This document shows positions 52,761-64,000 of a stretch of DNA of 64,000 nucleotides, one piece after another. The position numbers and the translations under genes were made by a program. The notes beneath the pieces were generated by a model. It was not told where the DNA came from and searched no databases. It saw only the letters and a list, made by a program, of their open reading frames with translations. Source of the DNA: Hydrolagus affinis (Eukaryota); contig JAAILG010000079.1 of NCBI GenBank assembly GCA_012026655.1, forward strand, positions 62,001-126,000. The letters are read 5' to 3'. Within the stretch, counting starts at the first letter, position 1, and each line of letters begins with the position of its first letter.

Positions 52761-53365
52761 CTGTTAAATAGAAGAAATGAAAAAAAGGAGAAACAAACAT
52801 TGATCAATTACTGCATCTACTTTTCAGGACTCAAGTAATGCAGCCAGACATACATTAAAGGATACCTACAAGTGCAAAATGGATTAAAAATAACACAGGA
52901 CTTTTTAGTTAATATTCAAGTCTAGGGTTTCTAACCCTTTCTTTAGCTCCTGGTTTCATAAAATAACTTTGCTCCAGGAAACATTCGCATAAAGGCTAAT
53001 GATAAAATCAACCTTTTTATCTCACTTAATAAGAAACAACATTCTGATGGATTAACAATGAAACAGCTAGAGTAAAAGTGAAGCTGTTTGGTAAAGCATT
53101 GCTTTTGTTGGTAGTAATGGCAGTTCTGATCTTTATATAAAAAAAGAAAAGAGCAATGAACAAAGGGATTGCATGAAAAAAAGTAAAAACAAATCTGTGA
53201 ATAATATTTGAATATAGTCCTCATATAACAACAAAATTATATTTGTATAGCGCCTTTCATGTTGGGTAGACGTCCCAAGGTGCTATACATATGCAATTCA
53301 TAATTGCCAAACAAATATCAATGTTGTAAGACCAATGCTAACTCTAATGTTGTAACACCTCTTAC

Positions 53366-53568
53366 TTTGAATGTCTCTTTCTTTATTCCTTTGCTGTGCA
53401 GTTTGTTGTGACTTGCATCAATGCTGATCATAGTACTGGGGAGCTCTGGGATCTGCACAATCTCGTTCGAAGCTACAGTCAGTTCCACCAGTTCAGGCAG
53501 CAGCCTGAAGGAATCTTCATCAATGGAAGAAATTTTATTGCCGGTCAAATCAATCCTCTTTAAATTAT
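53366..53568 (-). CDS. EPYC: Epiphycan LRR exon (NLKRIDLTGNKISSIDEDSFRLLPEL...KGIKKETFK), 203 nt
   Basis: Acceptor ttttAG, donor GTAAG; phase 1-0 consistent with the neighbouring exons; leucine-rich repeats. Confidence 0.95.
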
Positions 53569-54520
53569 CTAAAATGAAAGTAAAAACATAATTAAATCAC
53601 ATTGGGGAATAAACGTTAGATCATTTCTCCATGGAATAGTTACAAATTTCTAGTCCAGTGGTGTAGTGCAGTTAGCTCTTTAACATCCTGCGGCAATACA
53701 ATACTAATTTGTATACAATAAACAAGGCCATTCAAGTCTGGAGGCTGTCCCAAGATGGTTAACAATACTGGTTTGGCATCTTATCTAGGGGTAGGACCTG
53801 TGGGCGATGTGGAGGGAAATTATGACATAAAGCAAGATCAAAGAGAGAGGTCTTGAGGCAGACCTTGATTGAGATAATGGAGGGAGCAAATTGGAGGGTC
53901 CCTGGAATGTTGTGTCAGAGTGGGAACAGATAGGATGAAAGCAACCCGGGTGAGTGTGGCAGGGTCATGAAGCAGCCTCATGACTGAATGAATGGAGTAG
54001 CTGGGTCTGTAGGGTTTGAGGAAGTTGCAAAATCAGCCCCAAATTGGGTAAGTATGTGTACGTGCATTACAAATGATGTAATTTGGGAGAAATTCTACCT
54101 GGGTCTCGATTCCCTCTATTTATGTAGCATTTTAGAGCATTCAGAATTTGGTAAATTGTTGAATTCAAATCAACTTGGAAATAATTTTTTCTGTAGTTAT
54201 TAAAAGGGCTTTAAGAAAATTGGCTTCAAAATTAAGATTGCATATAAATAATTTGCCAAATTCTAGATGCTCTGACATGTTACATAAATAGAGTAAATCT
54301 AGACTTGGGTAGAATTTCTACTTCACATTATCTAGTTACCAGAACATTATATAAAAATCACAGAACAATGTCTCCATTGAAATAATTCTCAAGGTGAAAT
54401 TGAAAAGATTTTCCTTATTGTCAGCTAACTATAAATCTTGTTATTGAGAAAGATGAATGATGATGCAGTACACTTCATTTAAAATTCTTTTAAAAAAAAC
54501 TCAAGCCAACAGTTTCATAC

Positions 54521-54679
54521 TTAGTCCTGCAAAGTCTTGTTTGCTTATCTTAGTGAGCTTGTTAAAACGTGCGTAGAAATGAGTGGTGTCCTTAGGAAGA
54601 GGAGGTATGCTTTCGATGTCTGTATCATCACAGTAGACGGAGCCACCCAGACATGTACACATGAGGCATGTTGGAAGCC
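54521..54679 (-). CDS. EPYC: Epiphycan exon with N-terminal cysteine cluster (LPTCLMCTCLGGSVYCDDTDIESIPPLPKDTTHFYARFNKLTKISKQDFAGL), 159 nt
   Basis: CX2CXCX6C class III SLRP signature; acceptor tttcAG, donor GTATG; phase 1-1. Confidence 0.95.
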
Positions 54680-56266
54680 CTGAAATGTGGGAAAACAATT
54701 CATTATTGTGTTAAAGAAATGACTTTATGATTAGACTATAACTTTTCCACTTATGATATTGGTTTGTAAAAACATGATTGCAACTCATCTTGTGCGGTAT
54801 TCTGTGAGTAGCACATCCAACTATAAATTGTCTGTAAAAGCATTACATAGTTTTCATAATGATATCCTCTCATGGCACCCAAAGAACAAAAGCCAATGAT
54901 TTTGAAAAACTCCACTAAATTACTTCTTCAAACTTTTCTTCTCCACAGTTCCAACTTCTCAAGTCTCTCTGTATTATTACAGGTTGTCATTCCTCACATC
55001 ACTGTATCAACCTCCTTTGCACCCTATCCATGAACCAACTGTCTTTATTCATACTGTTTCATATACTGTTTTCAACCTTCTGGGAGAGAAAACATATATA
55101 TCTGAGGCTTGAAATTCCAATTATTCTTAGCCAGTATGACAATTTTGTCTTATAATTTAAGATTATGGAATGCAATGTGGAAAGTAGTCTAATTATTTCT
55201 ATGATTTGCAAAGGACAGTTTCATCCTTGTCTTGTGGTACCTGGTGTGTGTCAGACTGTGGAAGGAAAAAGCAGTCCAAAAATATCAGAAAAGAATGAAG
55301 GTGTAGGAAGTTGGAAGAAGAAAATAGCAATATTTTCACTAAGTATTAAAAATGAGAAATACAACTTTTCGACAGACTCTCATTGGCCTCCACAATGGAA
55401 TTTCCTGACTATTCTATTATTCTAAGATGGGTATTTAAATATGGAACCATAAGCGGATTTCTCTAAAACAACATCCTCTGAAATATCATTTCAAATGTTT
55501 ATTAACTTTTTCAAATCTGGCAGATGGCTGCTTCTGTTCCAACAAAATATTAATACTGTATTTCTGGCTTTCCTTTTCTGCCTGCATACTACTTCCATGG
55601 GTCTAAACTATTTCAAACTAACTTTAGTTAAGTTTAAGTCAACTCATGAGGTGAAAAATTATTGTTTCTTTTCTAAATGGCAGTATTTTACGAATACCAA
55701 GAATACTATCTGTGCAACATCTGTAAATTCATTTATTGGTCAGTTTTTACTGCTCATATCCAATTTTAGTCTCCATTGCAATATTCTAACACGGACAGTA
55801 AGTATAAATATAAATTTTTGTGCCATGTGAAATATTCAGTTTGAACGCTACAGAGACATTCAGTCTGAAACTTTTATGTAATTTAAAACATTTGTATACT
55901 TTTTGTCTGCTGTGGTTGGAGCACAGACACCAGAAAGTCACACTATAGGTGGAGCATTCTGCAGGAATGAATCTTTCAGCAGCCAAAATTGTAATGGAGG
56001 GCTTACAAAGGGATTCTGTCTGCTCCAGTAAATAACCTGTCACTCAGAAGTTGTACGACATTAAATTGCTGCTACAAATAACTAACTTATTTGTAAGCAA
56101 GTTGCCTTTACATATGTATATATATATATATATACATAAAAATATATAAAGAAATCATATTGATGATTTTGTAGTATACTGTTAACATATGGCCTGTCTC
56201 CAAAATTTCAACAAATGCAAATAATTCCAGGTACTGAATAGAATGCCGACTGTTAGCTGTACAAAC

Positions 56267-56408
56267 CTTCCTTTGATTCAGGGCCAAGAAGACCAGGCAC
56301 ACTTGGTGCACCGGGATCCAAAGGTTCATGGGGTATCAGCTCCTCATAATCATCTTCTTCGATAAGAAACGCGCTGTTCCCACCAGGTGCCAATGTGCCA
56401 ATCTCAAT
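56267..56408 (-). CDS. EPYC: Epiphycan N-terminal acidic exon (IEIGTLAPGGNSAFLIEEDDYEELIPHEPLDPGAPSVPGLLGPESKE), 142 nt
   Basis: Acceptor catAG, donor GTTTG; phase 0-1 joins in frame to the next exon; IEIGT... and GLLGP match EPYC IEIAT...GVLGP. Not in the ORF track. Confidence 0.88.
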
Positions 56409-57792
56409 CTATGTCAAGCAGAATGGACATAAGCAGAAAGTCATTTCATATAAATCTGGATTTTGTGCATTTAGTTGCATTGCAAAGGAGGTATCAATTA
56501 AATAGAAGTGCAGTACTGTACAGTACTGTATTTCCAGTTGCATCTCTGTACCACATTCTACCACATGAGGGCAGTACCATATAATAACCTTATTAGCCTT
56601 TTGGTTATTCTGAAATGATTTGAACAAGTATAGTTAATTGCCAACCTGGGTGAATTTACTAAGAATCTTGATGTTGCTAAATTGATCTAAGGATTAATGC
56701 TACATTTTACACCCAGACTGACGGAGTGGAAATATCTGCCTATTTTCTGTAAGGGTTCTGCACAATGTTTCTTAATCTAGAATCTGGTGGCGTTGTTCAC
56801 AGAATAAAATACTCCACACAGCTTTCATTTGGTACTAAATTGGTAACCTTAAAAACAAGAAAACACGAGCAAGGTCACACCAAAGTGCTTCCACAGACCA
56901 TTAGATTCTTAGCCTCAAGGAAATATCAGCTGTCATCCAGAACAACAACAAAATTATATTTGTATAGATAGTGCCTTTCACGTCGGGAGGACGTCCCAAG
57001 GCACTGAAAAGGAGGAGAGACGCCAACCAAATGCATTGAAAAAGTAAATATTTACTTGAAATGGTCAAGTGATCCATTTATACTGCACTTTTAGCAGCGA
57101 TAAAACATGGATTAAATGAATTCTAAACTTGCAGTAGCTATATGGCTTTAAAGGCAGTGATTCAATTCAGAGCTCTGCTAAAACCTGGATGTGGTTTGTA
57201 GCATTGATTTCATTACATTGGCTGCAGATGATATCTGGTTACACCACAGTCAATTTCTACAAACTTTTAGACCAATATATTAATTGTTCTGTGGATCCTG
57301 TGTTTTATCACAAGTCACAAGGATTTCTCATAAACAATCGCATTTTTAATGTATTCTGACTTCAGATTATTAGACATTATCAAAGTGCATTGGCAAATAC
57401 TGCACATGTGTTCAAACTAGTAACAACAAAATCTCAAATCCAGATTCTAATGTTATTATTTATTTAACTGATAGTAATAATACAAATTTCTAATAAAGCT
57501 TATGTTTGATAGAGCCTGCCATGTCGGGAGGACATCTGAAAGCTCTTCGTAGGATATACTGTGAAGTGTAGTGACTATCTTGTGGGCTAACATGTTGCTC
57601 TTTATATTTTCTACTTTTCTTTGTTTGTTTAATCCATTTTCTAATGCTTCCTGCTGTCAAACTCCCTCCTGCAGAAGGAATGATGGGAGTGTCTTGATCT
57701 CTCAGCTATGGTATGTCTTCTGTCAATACTCCTTTGTGAAGGACAGGGTTGGTGAGTATTCTCCACATATTGAGTTCCCTTAAAACAATATT

Positions 57793-58905
57793 AACATAAG
57801 AACATAAGAATTAGGAGCAGGAGTAGGCCATTCGGCCCCTCGAGCCTGCCCCGCCATTTGATAAGATCATGGCTGATCTTCTGACCTAACTCTAATTACC
57901 TGCCCTATCCCCATATCCTCTAATCCCTCTATATTTTAAAAATCTATCAGTCTCAGTCTTGAAAATGTTCAAGGACTGAACATCTACAGCCTTCTGGGGT
58001 AGTGAATTCCATAAATTTACCACCCTTTGAGTGTAGAAATGTTTCCTCAACTCTGTTCTAAAAGACTGACCCATAATTTTAAGATTATGACCCCTGGTTA
58101 TAGATTCTCCTACCAGGGGAAACAGTCCCTCACTGTCTACTTTATCCAGCCCTTTAAGAATCTTATATGTTTCAATAAGATCTCCCCTAATTCTTCTGTA
58201 CTCTAGAGAATACAGCCCTAATCTATTCAACCTATCCTCATAGGTCAGTCCCCTCTTTCCAGGAACTAACCTAGTGAATCTACGCTGCTCCCCCTCTAAG
58301 GCAAGTATGTCCTTTATTAAGGAGACCAAAACTGCACACAATACTCTAGATGCGGTCTCACCAAGGCCCTTTATAGTTGCAGCAAGACTTCCCTACTCTT
58401 GTACTCTAAATCTTTTGCAATGAACGCTAACATACCGTTTGCCTTCTTAGTTGCTTGCTGCACCTGCAAACTAACTTTTTGAGACTGGTGTACAAGGACA
58501 CCCAAATCCCTTTGTACATTAACACTATCTAACCTCTCCCTGTCCAGAAGATCATTTGCTTTTTTATTTTTGCTACCTAGGTGAATAATTTCACACTTCC
58601 CCACATTATATTCCATCTGCCACCTATTTGCCCACTCCCCTAGCCTATTTATATGTTGCAATCTTATTGCATCATCCTCACAGCTGACTCTCCTACCTAG
58701 TTTAGTGTCATCCATGAATTTAGACACATTACATTCAATGTCCTCGTGTAGATCATTGATGTAAATTGTAAAAAGCTGAGTCCCAAGCACTGATCCTTGT
58801 GGCACTCCACTAGTTACATCCTGCCAATTCGAGAATGACCGTTTATCCCTACTCTCTGTTTTCTACCTGTTAGCCACTCTTCTATCCATGTTAATATGTT
58901 CCCAT
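57793..58905 (-). mobile_element. CR1 LINE 3' fragment (RT C-terminal part + tail) in EPYC intron
   Basis: PQGSVLG..KFMDDTKLG, QRRFTRLVPG..LYSLEYRRIRGDLIE; (TTCTTATG)n tail. Confidence 0.93.
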
Positions 58906-59046
58906 TAATGTGTTCCCATTAAATATTGCATTAGATCTACTTTTGAAATGCTGTTAGTGTACATCAGCATGACATATCTCATTACCAGATCACTTAATAA
59001 AGATTCCTATTTAAAAATATTATATTTTGGACACCAATGTTAAGGG

Positions 59047-59769
59047 GTGATGGAACAGAGAGACCTGGGGATTTGTATTAGTGACTCTTTGAAGGTGGCA
59101 GGACATGTAGACAAAGCCGTTAAGAAGGCATATGGGATACTAGGCTTTATAAATAGGGGTATAGAGTACAAAAGTCAGGAAGTGCTGACTAACCTCCATA
59201 AAACTTTGGTTAGGCCTCAGCTGGAGTACTGTGTCCAATTCTGGTCACCACACTACAGAAAGGATGTTAAGGCATTGGAAAGGGTGCAAAAAAGGTTTAC
59301 TAGAATGGTACCAGGATTGAGGGACTTCAGTTATGGGGAAAGGCTAGATAGGCTAGGTTTATTCTCTTTAGAACAGAGAAGGTTGAGAGGAGACCTAATA
59401 GAGGTTTATAAAATCATGAGGGGATTCGACAGGGTAAATAAGGAAAAACTGTTTCCACTGGTGGGTGAATCAGTAACTCGTGGTCACAGATTTAAAATAG
59501 TTTCAAAATGAAGCAGAGGGGAGCTGAGGAGAAATTTTTTCACTCAGCAGGTTATTTGAATCTGGAATACATTTCCTGAAGAGGTGGTGGAGGCCGATTT
59601 GATAACAGCTTTTAAAAGAGAATTAGATCTTTATTTAGGGAGAACAGGTCTGTTTGGTTATGGGAAAGAGAGCTGGGCAGTGGGATTGAGTTGCTCTTTT
59701 CAAAGAGCCGGCACAGACTAGATGAGCCGAATAGCCTTCTTTTGTGCCGTAAAATTCTATGTTTCTATG
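59047..59769 (+). mobile_element. CR1 LINE 3' fragment (second subfamily)
   Basis: RPQLEYCVQFWSPHYRKDVKALERVQKRFTRM; tail ttctatgtttctatg. Confidence 0.93.
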
Positions 59770-59969
59770 AATGTCAGAGTTAGGTTTCTAAAACTTGTCG
59801 TCCATTTGGATTATTGTGTTGAATTTTCAGGATTACAAAATTAGATTTAATGGGTCACATTTTAATGTTGGTTCAGGAATTAAGTTGTATCCTGGCTGCA
59901 ACTTGTGCTTTACAAACTTGATGCTACAGACTGCATTTACAAATTCTGCCAGGAACACATCAGCACTGT

Positions 59970-60493
59970 ACAACAACACAACAACAAAATTACATTTATA
60001 GAGCACTTTCATGTTGGGAGGATGTTCCAAGGCACTGAACAGTCAGATCGGGACCCAAGCACAGGAGAGGGGCAGGATAGGTGGGATGGAGAGAGGTGGG
60101 ATGGAGAGAGGTGGGAAGGCGGCAGAAGGCACGATTGAAAAGGAGGGTCTTGAGACCAGCCTTGATGAAGGGTCGAAGTGAGGTGGAGGGACTGTGAGAT
60201 GGAGTTCCAGAGTGTGGGGGCAGTGAAGCTGAAAGCCCGGACACCGATGGTAAGGCGGGTTGGGCAGGAGACGTGGAGCAGCCCATTGAACGGAGGTGGG
60301 AGGCAGGTTGATAGGGAGTCAGCAGGTCGGAGAAATAGGAAGGGGAAAGGCCATGAATGGCCTTGAAAGCGAGGACGAAGATCTTGAATTTGATCCTCTG
60401 GGGGATGGGGTGCCAATGGAATCGGGCAAGGGTGGGAGTGATGGGTTGCAGAGCCTAGTGTGGGAGAGGACACAAGCTGCAGAGTTCTGGATG
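59970..60493 (-). mobile_element. L2 LINE 3' end in EPYC intron
   Basis: GVRAFSFTAPTLWNSI motif and tail. Confidence 0.85.
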
Positions 60494-63311
60494 ATACTAC
60501 TTTACTGTAGTTTATATTTATTCCACTGACCGCTTAGACATCTATTTTCTAGGTATTTTCTGTTTCAATACAAATGTCAAGTATCCACTAAATACTCACC
60601 ACATTTGGAAGAATACACCCAACAAGCAAAGGAGACCTCCTCCTCTCTGTATAGTATGCATATTACATTCTTAACAGTTCAATAAAGTAGCACTTTATGA
60701 CATAACATAATACCTTTTCATTGGACACTGACAAGTCTCGATTGCCAAATCCTGGCGGTGGCAATTCTACGTCAATAACATTGAAAATGTTTATCTTTTG
60801 AATATTCTAATGTGTGTATATTAATCATTGTCACTCAGACATGTTTCTGATATTTTGTTTTCTGTCAGTTTAGCCTGGTTGACTTGGATATGTATGGGTT
60901 TTCATGGTGATGGGTTTGCATGTGTGTCAGACATCTGGTTGACCAAAATAAACCTGAGCAGTAATTCTTTGATCAATCATCATCATTATTATGTTAATTA
61001 TATTGTATTCATATAATTCTTTCATACTAAGCTTCATGCTGAAGCACTCCAGGACACTGCCATGCGTGGAGGGCACTATATAAATGCAAGTTGTTGTTGA
61101 AGTTATTAGATATGACTTTGTTCAACTTCTAAGTATGTAATATGCATAATATACTGTGAGTATGCTTATCACCCACAAAATATATACAGTCACACCACTT
61201 TACGAGTGCAAGCAATATTAAATTATCATTATATTTTCCAAAACCAAAGCCCATTGTTCAGCTATCTGTTTGAAGTAGATGGTAAAGTCTGGTGTGGTTT
61301 AGAAAGTGGTAAATGATGGAGTGGCCGGCCCATCAGGCAGCAGGCTGGAAGCAAATGATTTCACCAAAGATTGGTCACATTGTAAGTTGGTAAATAGCTC
61401 GCAAATTGAACTTCTAATTACAAAAATTAGTCATGCATTCTTACTAGTCAGATAATCCACATCCAGGAAACACGTATTGACTCGAGGAAAATTGGCTTTC
61501 CTTCCAAACAAATTTGATACAAAATGCAAATCGTCTTTTGTTTTGATCCATGTAGTAGTCATACTACAAGAACAACATTATCGTTCATTCCAGGACCTCA
61601 AATGGATCTGGATGAAGCAGTGGTTTGCCATTCGTGGAATGACTAATAGGATCACAAAGTTCCTTATGGGAATCTTGCAGGTAACTGGCACTAAACCATT
61701 GCTGATTGCGGCGATCACTGTTGCAAAGTAGCTCACTGGGTATCTGAGAGCCGGAGTCACTTAGTGACTCTGTGATAATATTTGTGAGTCCTGCTGTAAT
61801 CAACTGCTTTTTTCATCTGAATATGCAGTCTACTTATTAATAAAAGAAAATTCAGGGATTACTGACCTTCTTCATGTCACAAGGAATTTGATATCACATG
61901 ATTAGCCATCAGATGATTTATTGTTAAAATAGTAAATCTGCCTCAGCTGGTATTCAGCGCCTTGGGACGTCCTTCTGACGTGAAAGGCACTAAACAATTG
62001 TAATTGTGTTGTTGTTGTATGTTCAGGCACAGCCAATGGTTATTAGGGAAGAAACTTGCAGCAGGTGAACAAATTGCTATGGGTAAGGGCAATGACATCT
62101 TGAACTTTCATAGAGAAAACTGTTCATGAAGGAAAGTGAAACTAAATATTCATTTTGCAAAACAAATTTGTCTAAGAATACAAACAGCTAAATGAAACAT
62201 ATCTCCATTCATAGTGTAGCATAGGTGTCAGAGTGTAAACAGACAATGGGAGCCAGTCTACCTGTACAATAGTGAAAATCAAATTAGGAAATGTTTGGAA
62301 AAAAATCCTCCTTGGCTGAATGGAAGCTAAATCTGCAATTAAGCTAGATGTTGCTCTTGTTATTGAAACATCAATTGCATCAATGAACATACTGTATGAG
62401 ACAACAGTTTGGCTACATTCAGTGTAATAGGTAAAGGAAATAAAGCATTTTGGTAAGCACACAGGGAGGTGGTTGGATCGTGTAAGCAAATTCAGGAGGG
62501 AATTAAATAGTTATAGTATTTGGCAAGGAATTGGTTGCCAAAGAGATATGTAATGCAGGATTTTTTTTTGAACTCTTGGACAATCCAAATGGAGTGCAAT
62601 TACCTTTTCTGATCCTGTGCAATCCCATAAATTTATATTGCCATAGCTTATTGTAAAAGATACAATGCTGGGGAACTGCGGTTTCTGATGAGTGATGTGG
62701 ATTGAGCAATGCCATACTGAGTTACATTGGCAGTAATAGGAGAGGTTTATTTTTCATCAAAAGACTTGAACTCTGACATGTATTCTATTTATATCAGAAA
62801 TGTACAATAAATTTATATAAAAACACTTCAAAATGATTTTAGTGTTAATATGCAGCCCTTTTCTGTGAGTCACGTTGATATAAACCACTAAAGTGATTCA
62901 TGCAGTGAGTTTACGTGATATGGACCTGTTTGTTTTCTTGACCTTAGTTTCAAGGTGGAGGTAGGAAGGTAAGGTTATACTAAACCCAGGGAAGGTCAGG
63001 ACAATTCCATTTTGTGGCTGGATATTTTTGAGGAAATATGTAGAACTTTCAAATGCGTTCATTAAACTTTCAAACATAAAGTAAGGCTGAATAACTTTCC
63101 AAACATCCTTTTCCTAGAGTTGCTATGAATCAGTAAGGTTTCAGAAAATGGTAATGTGCGGTATTTGGTTTGGCAGGATTTCTCTGCCACTTCATTTATA
63201 AATGAGGTGTTTGACGATTGAATTGCTTATCTTTTGGTTGGTTTGCATTCCCAAGGTTTCCTGTCATCATTTGCATCATATTACTGTGTGTGTTTTTTTT
63301 AATGGTCTTGT

Positions 63312-63349
63312 ATCCTAAATGTGCTCTATTATAGTAGCACATTTAGGAT
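63312..63349. repeat. Perfect 14-bp inverted repeat (hairpin)
   Basis: ATCCTAAATGTGCT-ctattatagt-AGCACATTTAGGAT. Confidence 0.85.
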
Positions 63350-64000
63350 TTGGGAAATTGTACATAAAGGAATGTCATGTTTCAGTACCTGTTTTGGTCA
63401 TGCAGTTGGTTTATGCTTCTTGTATGTTGTGTATAGTTATGTGAAGATCTGTACACTGTTAATAAAATTTCCAGGCTTGTATTTGTGATGAATGGTTGTG
63501 TGTCTTTTGATTTTAAACTAATCCTTTGTTGTTCTACTTTGTATTTGAGAATTGATGTCCATTCTCTCTAACATAATTAGTTTGCACAGTGTATGATTTC
63601 TTGTCCTGTTTCTTATATCCTGTCTTATTTTATTAGCTTTATAGGAGAACATGTCTTTTTCCATGTGTGTGTGTGTGTGTCTGTCTACTTATATGAAATG
63701 AGGATCTGCTCATATTGGCATCAATGTGATCTCAGTCAGTGCTTTTTAAATCAAGCCTGCCTTTGTGTTTTTGAATGCTGTCAGAATTATAGTGTGTATT
63801 TAATGAGAAACTGTGTACAGAATATGAAACAAAGGCAGCATCAAATTCATTTTTTGATGGTTGGGATGTTTTTGATGGTTGGAATGTTTTTGAAGCAATA
63901 TGTTCGTGTGTCCTTTTTGATGCATGCAGTGTCATTTTTGATGTGACTGATGTCATTATTATAATAATCCTTTGCTTTCCATGTCTTCTAGACATCTCTA

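Noticed and set aside
51494-56408. Opticin or osteoglycin as alternative identity
   Set aside because: NPINLSKTPQAY, IEIGT and adjacency to CCER1 favour EPYC.
56772-56847. Acceptor followed by MKAVWSILF on the minus strand as the EPYC start exon
   Set aside because: The frame stops after 18 codons with no hydrophobic signal peptide and no compatible donor; the true first coding exon probably lies beyond 64000.
60900-60955. Similar short peptide in two ORFs (HGDGFACVSDIWLTK versus HSDGFPHVSDTWLTK at about 15570-15620)
   Set aside because: Best explained as a shared decayed interspersed repeat; neither copy has splice or coding support.

Overview
AT-rich vertebrate genomic DNA. The repeat content (tRNA-derived SINEs with L2-type tails, DeuSINE-like SINEs, L2 and CR1 LINEs) suggests a cartilaginous fish, probably a chimaera (inference). 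Two protein-coding genes are supported, both on the minus strand. (1) Five spliced exons of epiphycan (EPYC, class III SLRP, 51494-56408); its signal-peptide exon was not found in the window. (2) An intronless CCER1-like gene (40833-41408) with its own TATA/RFX/E-box CpG-rich promoter. A third CpG-island promoter and first exon (about 14550-14940, minus strand) points left out of the window and is possibly ATP2B1 by synteny; it abuts the terminus of a Tc1/pogo-type DNA transposon. The most interesting signal is that the CCER1-like protein keeps two HEXIM-like motifs (APKNTTQFLM and FLKRNFEDLY) in HEXIM order after a basic region, suggesting a truncated HEXIM/7SK-P-TEFb-related paralog. The rest of the window is mostly retroposon debris plus several Tigger/pogo-type elements.
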